From contig CAYGDO010000004.1 of assembly GCA_964348785.1 (NCBI GenBank), forward strand, positions 21,082 to 85,081: a stretch of DNA of 64,000 bases, given 5' to 3'. Position 1 is the first letter of the stretch; each line of letters opens with the position of its first letter. The position numbers were made by a program, and so were the translations under genes. The notes under the pieces were generated by a model. It was not told the origin of the DNA. It saw only the letters and a program-made list of their open reading frames with translations, and did no database searches. Of the stretch, positions 10,352-17,751 are shown piece by piece. The DNA comes from an uncultured Candidatus Saccharibacteria bacterium. Lineage in GTDB: Bacteria > Patescibacteriota > Minisyncoccia > Phycocordibacterales > 2-02-FULL-43-11.

Positions 10352-11038
10352 TTAACCTTCTAAAATATACTTGCCGGTCGGATCATCTCTTAAAACTCGC
10401 CCCTCCCCTAAAGTGATAACTCTTTTTCCTAAAGAATCAATTACCCCTTTATTGTGTGTAGTTAGTATAACAGTAGTCCCTAGATCATTTATCTTTCTCA
10501 AAATCTGAACAATTTCTCTCGTATTTATTGGATCCAAATTACCAGTAGGCTCATCAGCCAAAATAACATCAGGCTGATTAACAATCGCTCTAGCAATGGC
10601 GACTCTTTGCTTTTCTCCACCTGAAAGCTCATGAGGAAAATTATTAGCCTTGTGAGATAAACCGACAAGATCAAGAATATGTGGAACATCAGCTAATATT
10701 TCATCATCTGTTCTGCCAGACGCCTCCATCGCAAAGGCAATATTCTCAAACGCACTTAAATTGGGAAGCAATCTAAAATCTTGGAAAACAGCTCCGATTC
10801 TCCTCCTGATTTGATTCATATGTTTCGGTTTCAAAGCATGAATATCTACAGACTGAAAAAAAATTTGACCCTCAGACGGTCTCTCTTCTGCTAGAATCAT
10901 TTTTATTAAGGTAGTTTTTCCGGCTCCAGAGTGACCAACAACTGAAATAAATTCTCCGGCTTTTACACCAAAACTCACTCCATCAAGTGCAACAGATTTG
11001 TCAGCGTAAACCTTTGATACATTATTAAATTTAATCAT
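10352..11038 (-). CDS. ftsE: cell-division ATP-binding protein FtsE
   Basis: Walker A GHSGAGKTT, ABC signature LSGGEKQR, Walker B ILADEPTGNLD. 228 aa. Confidence 0.85.
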   Translation of the reverse strand: MIKFNNVSKVYADKSVALDGVSFGVKAGEFISVVGHSGAGKTTLIKMILAEERPSEGQIFFQSVDIHALKPKHMNQIRRRIGAVFQDFRLLPNLSAFENIAFAMEASGRTDDEILADVPHILDLVGLSHKANNFPHELSGGEKQRVAIARAIVNQPDVILADEPTGNLDPINTREIVQILRKINDLGTTVILTTHNKGVIDSLGKRVITLGEGRVLRDDPTGKYILEG

Positions 11039-11094
11039 ATCTAAAAACGGAATCGTTAGTAATTATAACAAAAATTAGCCAAATCTACTTTAAT

Positions 11095-11985
11095 TTACAA
11101 GCTAGACTCTTTTTCTATAAATTCGTCAATTTCACCTTCTAAAACATCGTCTATCTTGGAAGTTTCTACCCCAGTTCTATGGTCTTTTACCATCTTGTAT
11201 GGGTGCATTACATAAGATCTTATTTGATTACCCCATTCCACACTAGTAGTTTTCGAAATCTGCATGCCTTTCTCCTTGGCAATTCTCTCTTCCTCCTTAA
11301 TTTTAAAAATTTTTCCTTTTAAAATCTCGACTGCCTTTTCTTTGTTTTGGGCTTGAGAACGCTCGGTCTCAACGTGGACTGAAAGCTTTGTCGGCAAATG
11401 GACTATTCTAACCGCCGTTTCTCTTTTATTTACATTTTGTCCGCCAGGGCCAGAGGAACGAGCAAAGGTTACTTCAAGCTCATCATCCTTAATTTCTATA
11501 TCATTTACTTTTGGCAATTTCGGAATAACCTCAACCATAGAAAAAGAAGTGTGTCTCTTTTTTTGTGCGTTAAAAGGAGAGATCCTAACTAATCTATGAA
11601 CTCCGGACTCATTTTTTAAATTACCATAAACTCCCTTACCAGAAACTTCAAAAGTTAGATTTCTAAACCCTCCGTGATTATTTTGATTTTGATGCAAAAT
11701 AGATACATTCCAACCTTTTTTTGAAATATACTTACGATACATTTGAAATAAAATAGAAGAAAAATCTTCCGAGTCGTCACCGCCGGCACCAGAAAAAATA
11801 GTCACGATTGCGTCTCCACCATCAAAACCTCCACCCTCCGAATCTTCCTTTTTCAAATCATTAAACTCTCGAACTATAGCTTGAGCTTTTTCCTTATCAA
11901 GCCAAAAATCAGGCTGTTGCATCAGTTGTTCTATTTCTTCTATTCTTTTATTTTTTTCCTCTTGCATAAAATTAAACAAAGCCAA
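11095..11985 (-). CDS. prfB: peptide chain release factor 2 (unframeshifted, short N-terminus)
   Basis: SPF tripeptide (RISPFNAQ) and GGQ (SGPGGQNVN). The called start at 11985 overlaps the tRNA-Thr 3' end by 6 nt; the true start may be Met-7 at 11967. Confidence 0.8.
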   Translation of the reverse strand: MALFNFMQEEKNKRIEEIEQLMQQPDFWLDKEKAQAIVREFNDLKKEDSEGGGFDGGDAIVTIFSGAGGDDSEDFSSILFQMYRKYISKKGWNVSILHQNQNNHGGFRNLTFEVSGKGVYGNLKNESGVHRLVRISPFNAQKKRHTSFSMVEVIPKLPKVNDIEIKDDELEVTFARSSGPGGQNVNKRETAVRIVHLPTKLSVHVETERSQAQNKEKAVEILKGKIFKIKEEERIAKEKGMQISKTTSVEWGNQIRSYVMHPYKMVKDHRTGVETSKIDDVLEGEIDEFIEKESSL

Positions 11986-12050
11986 AGGTGAGAATCGGAC
12001 TCACGTTCCCGCTTTACGAAAGCGGTGTTCTACCACTGAACTACTTTGGC
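11980..12050 (-). tRNA. tRNA-Thr (anticodon CGU)
   Basis: Hand-folded. Acceptor GCCAAAG/CTTTGGC, D-stem GTTC/GAAC, anticodon stem CCGCT/AGCGG with loop TTCGTAA, T-stem GTGAG/CTCAC. CCA is not encoded. Confidence 0.8.
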
Positions 12051-12065
12051 ATTTAGCTTTTAATT

Positions 12066-12365
12066 CTACACTTTGCCCCTATTACGTAATGATATTAATC
12101 CCTTAATTATTGCGTTAACAGCAAGTGACAAAAAAATCGAAATAATAGCCCAGGAAACAACCACGACCACACCTCCAAAATCTGAAATTGGGCCACACAC
12201 AAAATCGGAACATTCAATAGGTATAACCATTCGGGCTACCGAAAGACTAATATAATAAACTATAATAAAAAGTGTTGGCTGTAAAAAAGGAATCGGGATA
12301 AGCGGGAAAAGAAAAAATCCCAAACTTCCATAAATAAAACCTCGACTTTTAAAGATACTTTTCAT
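12066..12365 (-). CDS. hypothetical small membrane protein (start uncertain)
   Basis: The ORF-track N-terminus overlaps tRNA-Thr(GGU). An internal Met (MKSIFKSRGF) sits right after the tRNA. Two hydrophobic helices. Weak evidence. Confidence 0.25.
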   Translation of the reverse strand: MKSIFKSRGFIYGSLGFFLFPLIPIPFLQPTLFIIVYYISLSVARMVIPIECSDFVCGPISDFGGVVVVVSWAIISIFLSLAVNAIIKGLISLRNRGKV

Positions 12366-12440
12366 GGAGCCGATGGTCGGAATTGAACCGACGACCACCT
12401 CCTTACCATGGAGGTGCTCTACCAGCTGAGCTACATCGGC
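12365..12440 (-). tRNA. tRNA-Thr (anticodon GGU), CCA encoded
   Basis: Hand-folded. Acceptor GCCGATG/CATCGGC, D-arm GCTCAGCTGGTAGAGC, anticodon stem CCTCC/GGAGG with loop ATGGTAA, T-arm GTCGGTTCAATTCCGAC. Terminal TCCA. Confidence 0.85.
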
Positions 12441-12609
12441 AATACATATTTAAGATGTATAGCCAACATAATACCTAATTAAGATAACTTTTCAAAGTAA
12501 AAACTTTTATACAAAACCTCCAAAAAAAATTTTAGGGATTAAGGGGCAATGTCAAAAATACCATACAACCCATAATGATTATATTTATATACCAAAATTT
12601 AATTAGAAA

Positions 12610-13518
12610 CTAAGTTAAAATGATGACATTCTTACCTACTGAATGGCCTTTTTTTTGATATTCCAGAGCGTTTTTAATCTCTTTTAAATCGAATCTTTTA
12701 TCTATAACCACTTTCAATTGTCCCTTTTCAATCAAATCAACAATTTCCGATAAATCTTTTGAATTTGATTTAAAAAGAAAATGCTCAGCGCTAATGTCAT
12801 AATCCCTAACTTCTTCTACTGTTGGTTTTCCATTTATGGAAACATACTTCCCCCCTTTTCTCAGGATGCGAAACAGTTTTTCTCTCATCATCATACTGTC
12901 AAAAGCACAATCAATATTCTTTATATTACACATCGCATCTTCGTCTTGATAATCAATCACCTCATCAACCCCAAATGAAAATAAGAAATCTTTATTATTT
13001 TTTGACGTAGAAGTTATAACATACGCCCCCCTCCATTTAGCCAATTGTATCGCAAACAAACCCACACCTCCTGTTCCTGCTGTAATAAATATTCTTTGCC
13101 CCGATTTTAAATCTAGATGAGAAAAAAGACCTTGCCATGCCGTAAGACTAGACAAAGAAACAACGGCAGATTCTTCGAAAGACAGATTTTTAGGCTTGTG
13201 AACAATAAAGTTTTCTTTAGTAGAAATATATTCCGCACAAGCACCTTGTTGTGACCATTCTAAAGACCCTATTATCTCATCCCCGACTTTATATTTTTGT
13301 ACATCATCACCTATTTTGGTGATTACACCAGAGATATCACTCCCTAAGATATAGGGGGCTTTAAAAATAGAATTTTCTACACCTTTCCAATCAACGGGAT
13401 TTAAACCTACAGCTTTTACATTTACCAAAATTTCGTCTTTCTTAATTTCAGGTATAGATAGATCTATAATTTTTAAATTATCAATTGAGCCATTTTTTTC
13501 TACAAGAATTGCTAGCAT
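12610..13518 (-). CDS. zinc-binding alcohol dehydrogenase / quinone oxidoreductase (MDR family)
   Basis: 302 aa. GroES-like N-domain and Rossmann motif AGTGGVGLFAIQLAK. Confidence 0.7.
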   Translation of the reverse strand: MLAILVEKNGSIDNLKIIDLSIPEIKKDEILVNVKAVGLNPVDWKGVENSIFKAPYILGSDISGVITKIGDDVQKYKVGDEIIGSLEWSQQGACAEYISTKENFIVHKPKNLSFEESAVVSLSSLTAWQGLFSHLDLKSGQRIFITAGTGGVGLFAIQLAKWRGAYVITSTSKNNKDFLFSFGVDEVIDYQDEDAMCNIKNIDCAFDSMMMREKLFRILRKGGKYVSINGKPTVEEVRDYDISAEHFLFKSNSKDLSEIVDLIEKGQLKVVIDKRFDLKEIKNALEYQKKGHSVGKNVIILT

Positions 13519-13592
13519 ATATTTATTGTATCAACTCTCTCGTCTAACTTCAGTATAAAAGAAAAAATGGTAAAAATATGACTCTTTTTCAA

Positions 13593-14470
13593 TGCGCAGC
13601 TGACGGGGGTCAAACTAAATTTAAGAAAAGAAATAATGACGCGAGTATCTATGTTTCCAACCTAACTATTTATTAAAATCAAAAGGTCCAAACAGTTTCG
13701 AACCAGCATCTCCATACTCATAAATTGAGTAAAAACTCCCACAGTCTACAACATAAATATTGTTCCATGCGCCAATATATTTTGGATTGCTATAACTTAA
13801 GTACTTAGCAAAAAACGCCTTGGTGTCCCCGCAGTAAAAATTATATTGATATTCTCTAACTTCAATTACTGTATTCTCTTCAGAAAGATTCCACTTTTCT
13901 GGACCCTCAGTTTTTACAAGTTTTTCTCTCCAATCAGATTCATTATTGAGAATTTTATATTTGAGAAGAAGACTTTGATCTAGAAAAGATTTCGGTTTTA
14001 GACTTTGATTGTAATAAAAAACTATTCCTATAATAATTAGGACAACAACACCAACCGAAATCCTTAAAATTCTACTCATACCAAAATCCTATCAGGTTAG
14101 AACTAAAAAGTCATTATTACTTTTAAACTTTTTTCTCAAAATCCAGTTTGCGCAGCTGACGGGGAATCTCTTTCGACTAAATTTTTACCCTCGTAAAAAT
14201 TTATCTGGGCACCGCCTCGCGATTTTTCGAAACGAAAAATAACGCTCCGGCGTTCGACTCCCGACGCAAACAAAACAGTTTGTTTGCTTCAACTTCTCTG
14301 TTCACTAACTTTCACTGCGCAGTCGACGGGGGTCGAACCTTACAGGTTCAGTATCCCGATTGGCTCGCGAAGACGCTCGACTCAATCGGGTTTCGACCCC
14401 CTACCGTCGTGCCATCCTAGGCACGACTAGAGCCAAGACTTCGTCTTGCGCAGTCGACGGGGGTCGAACC
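13593..14470 (-). repeat. four direct copies of the tRNA-Asp 3'-end sequence, interleaved with perfect hairpins
   Basis: Plus-strand tgcgcagtcgacgggggtcgaacc occurs identically (24 nt) at 14447-14470 (inside tRNA-Asp) and at 14316-14339. The variant tgcgcagctgacggggg occurs at 14149-14164 and 13593-13611. Between copies are perfect hairpins: gcaaacaaa/tttgtttgc (about 14268-14289), tttttcg/cgaaaaa, gtcgtgcc/ggcacgac, cccgattg/caatcggg. Confidence 0.7.
13666..14079 (-). CDS. hypothetical N-terminally anchored protein, flanked by tRNA-Asp 3'-end repeat copies
   Basis: 137 aa with TM helix ILRISVGVVVLIIIGIVFYY. AT-rich, like the host genome. Confidence 0.4.
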   Translation of the reverse strand: MSRILRISVGVVVLIIIGIVFYYNQSLKPKSFLDQSLLLKYKILNNESDWREKLVKTEGPEKWNLSEENTVIEVREYQYNFYCGDTKAFFAKYLSYSNPKYIGAWNNIYVVDCGSFYSIYEYGDAGSKLFGPFDFNK

Positions 14471-14522
14471 CGCAACCTCTCCCGTGACAGGGGAGTGCTC
14501 TAACCAGTTGAGCTACGACTGC
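14449..14522 (-). tRNA. tRNA-Asp (anticodon GUC)
   Basis: Hand-folded. Acceptor GCAGTCG/CGACTGC, D-arm GCTCAACTGGTTAGAGC, anticodon stem CTCCC/GGGAG with loop CTGTCAC, T-arm GCGGGTTCGACCCCCGT, discriminator G. Confidence 0.88.
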
Positions 14523-14597
14523 ATTAAAAACTAACACAGTGATTATACATAAAAATAAACATTTTCAAAGAGTTAAAAAACCGCCCAAACGGACGGC

Positions 14598-14975
14598 CTA
14601 GCGGAAAGAGATTCTGAAAGCGAACCCAACTCCCCCATTTTCTGGCACCGGAACGCCAAAGCTAGCGCCCGGATACTCAAAAAAACATCGAGGGAAAAGG
14701 AGTGCCCACCGGCTTCGGCGAATCGCCCAGACTTGGGCATAAGTATCTTCTCCAAGCGAATAGCCGTTCACTCCCACTCGCCGACTCTCAAAAATTGAGC
14801 CCACGTAAATAAAGGGCTCTCTCTGCCCATTACCGAAAACCCTATCTGGAATCTCCAGCGCAGGCATAAAAAGACTCACAAATCCCTGCCTCTCACTGGG
14901 CGGGATCCAACGGCCGTCATCTGCCCAAACCCCAAAAGAAGTAATGAGCGACAATAAAAAGACAGGGATCTTCAC
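14598..14975 (-). CDS. GC-rich gene for a small secreted beta-rich protein; likely foreign origin
   Basis: Strong SD AAGGAGG, 5-nt spacer, GTG start. Signal-peptide-like N-terminus MKIPVFLLSLITSFGVWA. Alternating hydrophobic beta-strand pattern ending GVGFAFRISFR. Local GC is about 55-57% by eye, versus 25-35% in sampled AT-rich host lines. Confidence 0.4.
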   Translation of the reverse strand: MKIPVFLLSLITSFGVWADDGRWIPPSERQGFVSLFMPALEIPDRVFGNGQREPFIYVGSIFESRRVGVNGYSLGEDTYAQVWAIRRSRWALLFPRCFFEYPGASFGVPVPENGGVGFAFRISFR

Positions 14976-15030
14976 CGAAACCTCCTTTCTCTAACAAAAG
15001 TATATATAAATGTTTAGATTTTACTAGCTG

Positions 15031-15103
15031 TGTCGGAGGCCGGGAACGATCCGGCGACCTTGGGCTTATGAGTCCCACGCTCTACCAACTGAGCTACTCC
15101 GAC
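15031..15103 (-). tRNA. tRNA-Met (anticodon CAU), elongator-type (G1-C72 paired)
   Basis: Hand-folded. Acceptor GTCGGAG/CTCCGAC, D-arm GCTCAGTTGGTAGAGC, anticodon loop CTCATAA, T-arm GCCGGATCGTTCCCGGC. Could alternatively be lysidine tRNA-Ile2. Confidence 0.8.
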
Positions 15104-15137
15104 ATAAAAACTACTATAATATACAAAACGAAGTGCT

Positions 15138-15383
15138 TCAAGCGTTGTTAAAAAATTCCTTGAGTTTTTGTCTGCCACTACCACTTTTCCACCACAACTC
15201 TCTGAGTTTTGCATCACTCATGTTTTCGAATTGTTCAGCAAATAAAACCCTAAAAGGTCTTCTATTTTTTGTTGCAATTACTCTTCCCGAATTATGCTCT
15301 TTCAAACGATTATTTAAATTGCCTGTATAACCAACATAAGTCCTTTTATCTTTTTCACTTACCAAAATATAAACCCAGTACAT
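15138..15383 (-). CDS. GIY-YIG nuclease family protein (stand-alone, 81 aa)
   Basis: YWVYILVSEKDKRTYVGYTGNLNNRLKEHN matches GIY-(x10)-YIG with the conserved R and E/N. Confidence 0.7.
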   Translation of the reverse strand: MYWVYILVSEKDKRTYVGYTGNLNNRLKEHNSGRVIATKNRRPFRVLFAEQFENMSDAKLRELWWKSGSGRQKLKEFFNNA

Positions 15384-15417
15384 AAAAACAGGTTTGCGGG
15401 TCGCCTATGGCGAACCT

Positions 15418-15444
15418 CGCAAAATTTACTTTGTAAATTTTGCG
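15418..15444 (-). terminator. perfect 12-bp hairpin incorporating the last nucleotides of tRNA-fMet
   Basis: cgcaaaatttac ttt gtaaattttgcg. The 3' terminal CGCAA of the tRNA forms one arm. Probable terminator or 3'-processing determinant. Confidence 0.4.
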
Positions 15445-15511
15445 GGGCCCGGATTTGAACCGGGAGTCTCAAGGTTATGAGCCTTGCGAGTTACCATTAC
15501 TCTACCCCGCG
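15440..15511 (-). tRNA. initiator tRNA-fMet (anticodon CAU) with C1-A72 mismatch
   Basis: 5' CGCGGGG / 3' CCCCGCA, the same unpaired 1-72 arrangement as E. coli tRNAfMet. D-stem GAGT/ACTC, anticodon stem CAAGG/CCTTG with loop CTCATAA, T-arm CCCGGTTCAAATCCGGG. Confidence 0.82.
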
Positions 15512-15561
15512 ACACCTTCAAAAGAAGTGTTGTTGATACTACAACAAAAAAATAAAACTTT

Positions 15562-16350
15562 CTAGTCCAACTTTAATAATCGCCCCATTTCTTTGACTTT
15601 CCTAAACATGGCACTGAAAAACATTAGAACTAAAATCAAAAAACAAATATTAGTGATAAATGCCAAAACAACATCAGTGTGAGCCAAAGGTGCACCTGTC
15701 ATTACCTTTCTCATCCCCTCAAAAACATATGTGGTTGGTATTAGATAACTAATCCAATGTAAAAACGAAGGTAACGCAGACACGGGATAAAAAACTGCAG
15801 AAAATGGCTGAATAATAGCAATTAAACCCCAAGCCAAAATTTGCGCAGAAGTACCATACCTTAAAATGATAGCTGTCGTAAAAATACCCATAACCCAACC
15901 AAATAACAGTAAATTAATAACAAAAGGAATTAAAAGAAAACCCATAGACAGAAGATTAAAATGATAAAAGAAAAAAGCCAATAGACCCATAACGACAGAA
16001 ACCAAAATAATTCTAATTAGACCAACAAATACAGTTGAAATTAGAAACTCAGCAAACGATAAAGGTGTAACAAAAATGTTTAAAAAATTTCTTTCCCAAA
16101 CCTCCTCTAAAAAAGCAATGGATATAGCTTTTTGTGATTGATTAAGAAATTCCCAAAAAATAATAGCCCCAATCAAAATAGTAACGATGTTAACCCCGGT
16201 GATTTTTAGATTGGCCAAATAAATACTTAAAAATCCCCACAAAACAACATCAAGAACTGGCCAAAAGAAAACATCCATAAGTCTCGGTATACTCCTTTTG
16301 TATAAATACATATTTCTTATAACAATTGCTTGAATTCTGTTCCAGTTCAT
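15562..16350 (-). CDS. ABC-2 type exporter permease
   Basis: 262 aa with 6 TM helices. Immediately downstream of an ABC ATPase (4-nt gap). Confidence 0.7.
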   Translation of the reverse strand: MNWNRIQAIVIRNMYLYKRSIPRLMDVFFWPVLDVVLWGFLSIYLANLKITGVNIVTILIGAIIFWEFLNQSQKAISIAFLEEVWERNFLNIFVTPLSFAEFLISTVFVGLIRIILVSVVMGLLAFFFYHFNLLSMGFLLIPFVINLLLFGWVMGIFTTAIILRYGTSAQILAWGLIAIIQPFSAVFYPVSALPSFLHWISYLIPTTYVFEGMRKVMTGAPLAHTDVVLAFITNICFLILVLMFFSAMFRKVKEMGRLLKLD

Positions 16351-16353
16351 ATT

Positions 16354-17133
16354 TTAAATTTCTTTATTGTCTCCTTCTCTTGCGATGGCCAAAAATACAT
16401 CATTCATATCCTGTTTGCCATACTTCTTTATAAGCTCCTCTGGTGTTCCTTCATCTTTTATTTCTCCCTTATTAACAAAAATTACTCTGTCGCATATTTC
16501 CTCAACTTCTTCCATATTATGAGAAGTGTACAAAATAGTTATACCTCTTTCCTTTTGAATTTTCCTGAGAAGAATACGTGTTTTATCTGCAATATCAGGA
16601 TCAAGAGAAGCGGTTGGTTCATCAAGTAAAAGAAGTTTTGGATCATTAATTAAAGCCTTAGTAAGATTAAGTCTGGTTAATTGGCCAGTTGATAGAGAAG
16701 CTGTCATTTTATCCATCATCCCACCAATTTCAAAAAAGGACGACAGCTCATCTATTTTTTCTTTAATATTTTTCACCCCGTATAATCTGGAAAAAGTATA
16801 CAAATTCTCCCAAACTTTCAAACTACCAGGCATAGCCACATACGGTGAAGAAAAATTAAGTTTGGAAAGTATGTCTTGTCTATGTTCTTTATAATTTTGA
16901 CCAAAGATTTTTATTTCACCTGAAGTGGGGGTAATAATATCAAGAAGCATTTGAATGGTAGTGGTCTTGCCGGCACCATTAGGGCCCAAAAAACCAGTGA
17001 TTGTCCCCTCCTCCACATAAAAAGAAATACCTTTAACGGCCTCTACTTTACCAAATTTCTTTACCAGGTTTTTTACTTCAATAATTTTTAACACAGTAAA
17101 TGACAGTATAAGAGAAAAAATGTTTAAGAGCAA
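16354..17133 (-). CDS. ABC transporter ATP-binding protein
   Basis: Walker A GPNGAGKTT, signature LSTGQLTR, Walker B LLLLDEPTASLD. Confidence 0.85.
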   Translation of the reverse strand: MLLNIFSLILSFTVLKIIEVKNLVKKFGKVEAVKGISFYVEEGTITGFLGPNGAGKTTTIQMLLDIITPTSGEIKIFGQNYKEHRQDILSKLNFSSPYVAMPGSLKVWENLYTFSRLYGVKNIKEKIDELSSFFEIGGMMDKMTASLSTGQLTRLNLTKALINDPKLLLLDEPTASLDPDIADKTRILLRKIQKERGITILYTSHNMEEVEEICDRVIFVNKGEIKDEGTPEELIKKYGKQDMNDVFLAIAREGDNKEI

Positions 17134-17135
17134 AG

Positions 17136-17750
17136 CTAGATAAAATGAAATTCTCTGAAAACTGCTTCATACAAACCAACAACTCTACGGGCCTCATTTT
17201 TATCTATTCTAAAATCACTACCAGAATGAGCAATTTGATTCCTTATTTTATGCGCTTCCCAAGCCAAATCTAAAGTATGGAAATCGCTCCTTTCAACACT
17301 CTTCAATTTATCACCTATTGTTTCCCCTTTATAACCAATTTTATTAAGAATTTCTTCTAAAATTAAATCCGCCTCCAAAATCGCCAGTCGCCAATCACTT
17401 TCAATATCTGAATTAATATGTTCATTGACTCTAATCCACCTTTTATTTGGTTCATCTACTGGATGCGTCTCATTATCATCATGGTCAGCATGCCCATGTT
17501 CATCGTGTCCGTGTCCTCCAGCATGCAATTCGGCAAACATCTCTCCTTCGATTTTGTCTACTCTTAAATAGCAATAAACAATACCAACAGACAACAAAAA
17601 AGAAATAGCAATCGAATAAGGCAAAATAGCAAGTGATACATCCAAAAAATTGTTATAAAACAAAATAGGGTCCGCTCCAAAAATAAGAGAGTAGATTTTA
17701 TAATATATATATTCAATATTTAAAAACGGTAATGTTGGATTTATTTCCAT
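17136..17750 (-). CDS. membrane-anchored protein with His-rich linker and HEPN-like (DUF4145-type) C-terminal domain
   Basis: N-terminal TM (ISFLLSVGIVYCY), HAGGHGHDEHGHADHDD stretch, and a C-terminal Rx4H motif (KIRNQIAH) in a helical domain. Confidence 0.4.
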   Translation of the reverse strand: MEINPTLPFLNIEYIYYKIYSLIFGADPILFYNNFLDVSLAILPYSIAISFLLSVGIVYCYLRVDKIEGEMFAELHAGGHGHDEHGHADHDDNETHPVDEPNKRWIRVNEHINSDIESDWRLAILEADLILEEILNKIGYKGETIGDKLKSVERSDFHTLDLAWEAHKIRNQIAHSGSDFRIDKNEARRVVGLYEAVFREFHFI

Positions 17751-17751
17751 T

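Noticed and set aside
12366-12398. N-terminal extension of ORF 12066-12398 (MVVGSIPTIGS)
   Set aside because: These codons are the tRNA-Thr(GGU) sequence itself. If the ORF is real it starts at the internal Met.
14100-14460. Region of tRNA-Asp 3'-end repeats considered as a tmRNA gene, one-piece or permuted
   Set aside because: No GGGG...5' acceptor partner and no plausible tag ORF. A much better tmRNA candidate lies next to smpB at 46576-46985.
14570-15000. GC-rich segment next to tRNAs considered as RNase P RNA or another structured ncRNA
   Set aside because: Conserved RNase P motifs (GGAAAGUCCGG, AGGGUGAAA, ACAGAAACCGGCUUA) are absent. The segment instead has a coherent 125-codon frame with a strong SD plus GTG start and a signal-peptide-like N-terminus.
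15014-15217. ORF-track ORF (67 aa)
   Set aside because: Overlaps tRNA-Met (15031-15103). Reads through the tRNA sequence.
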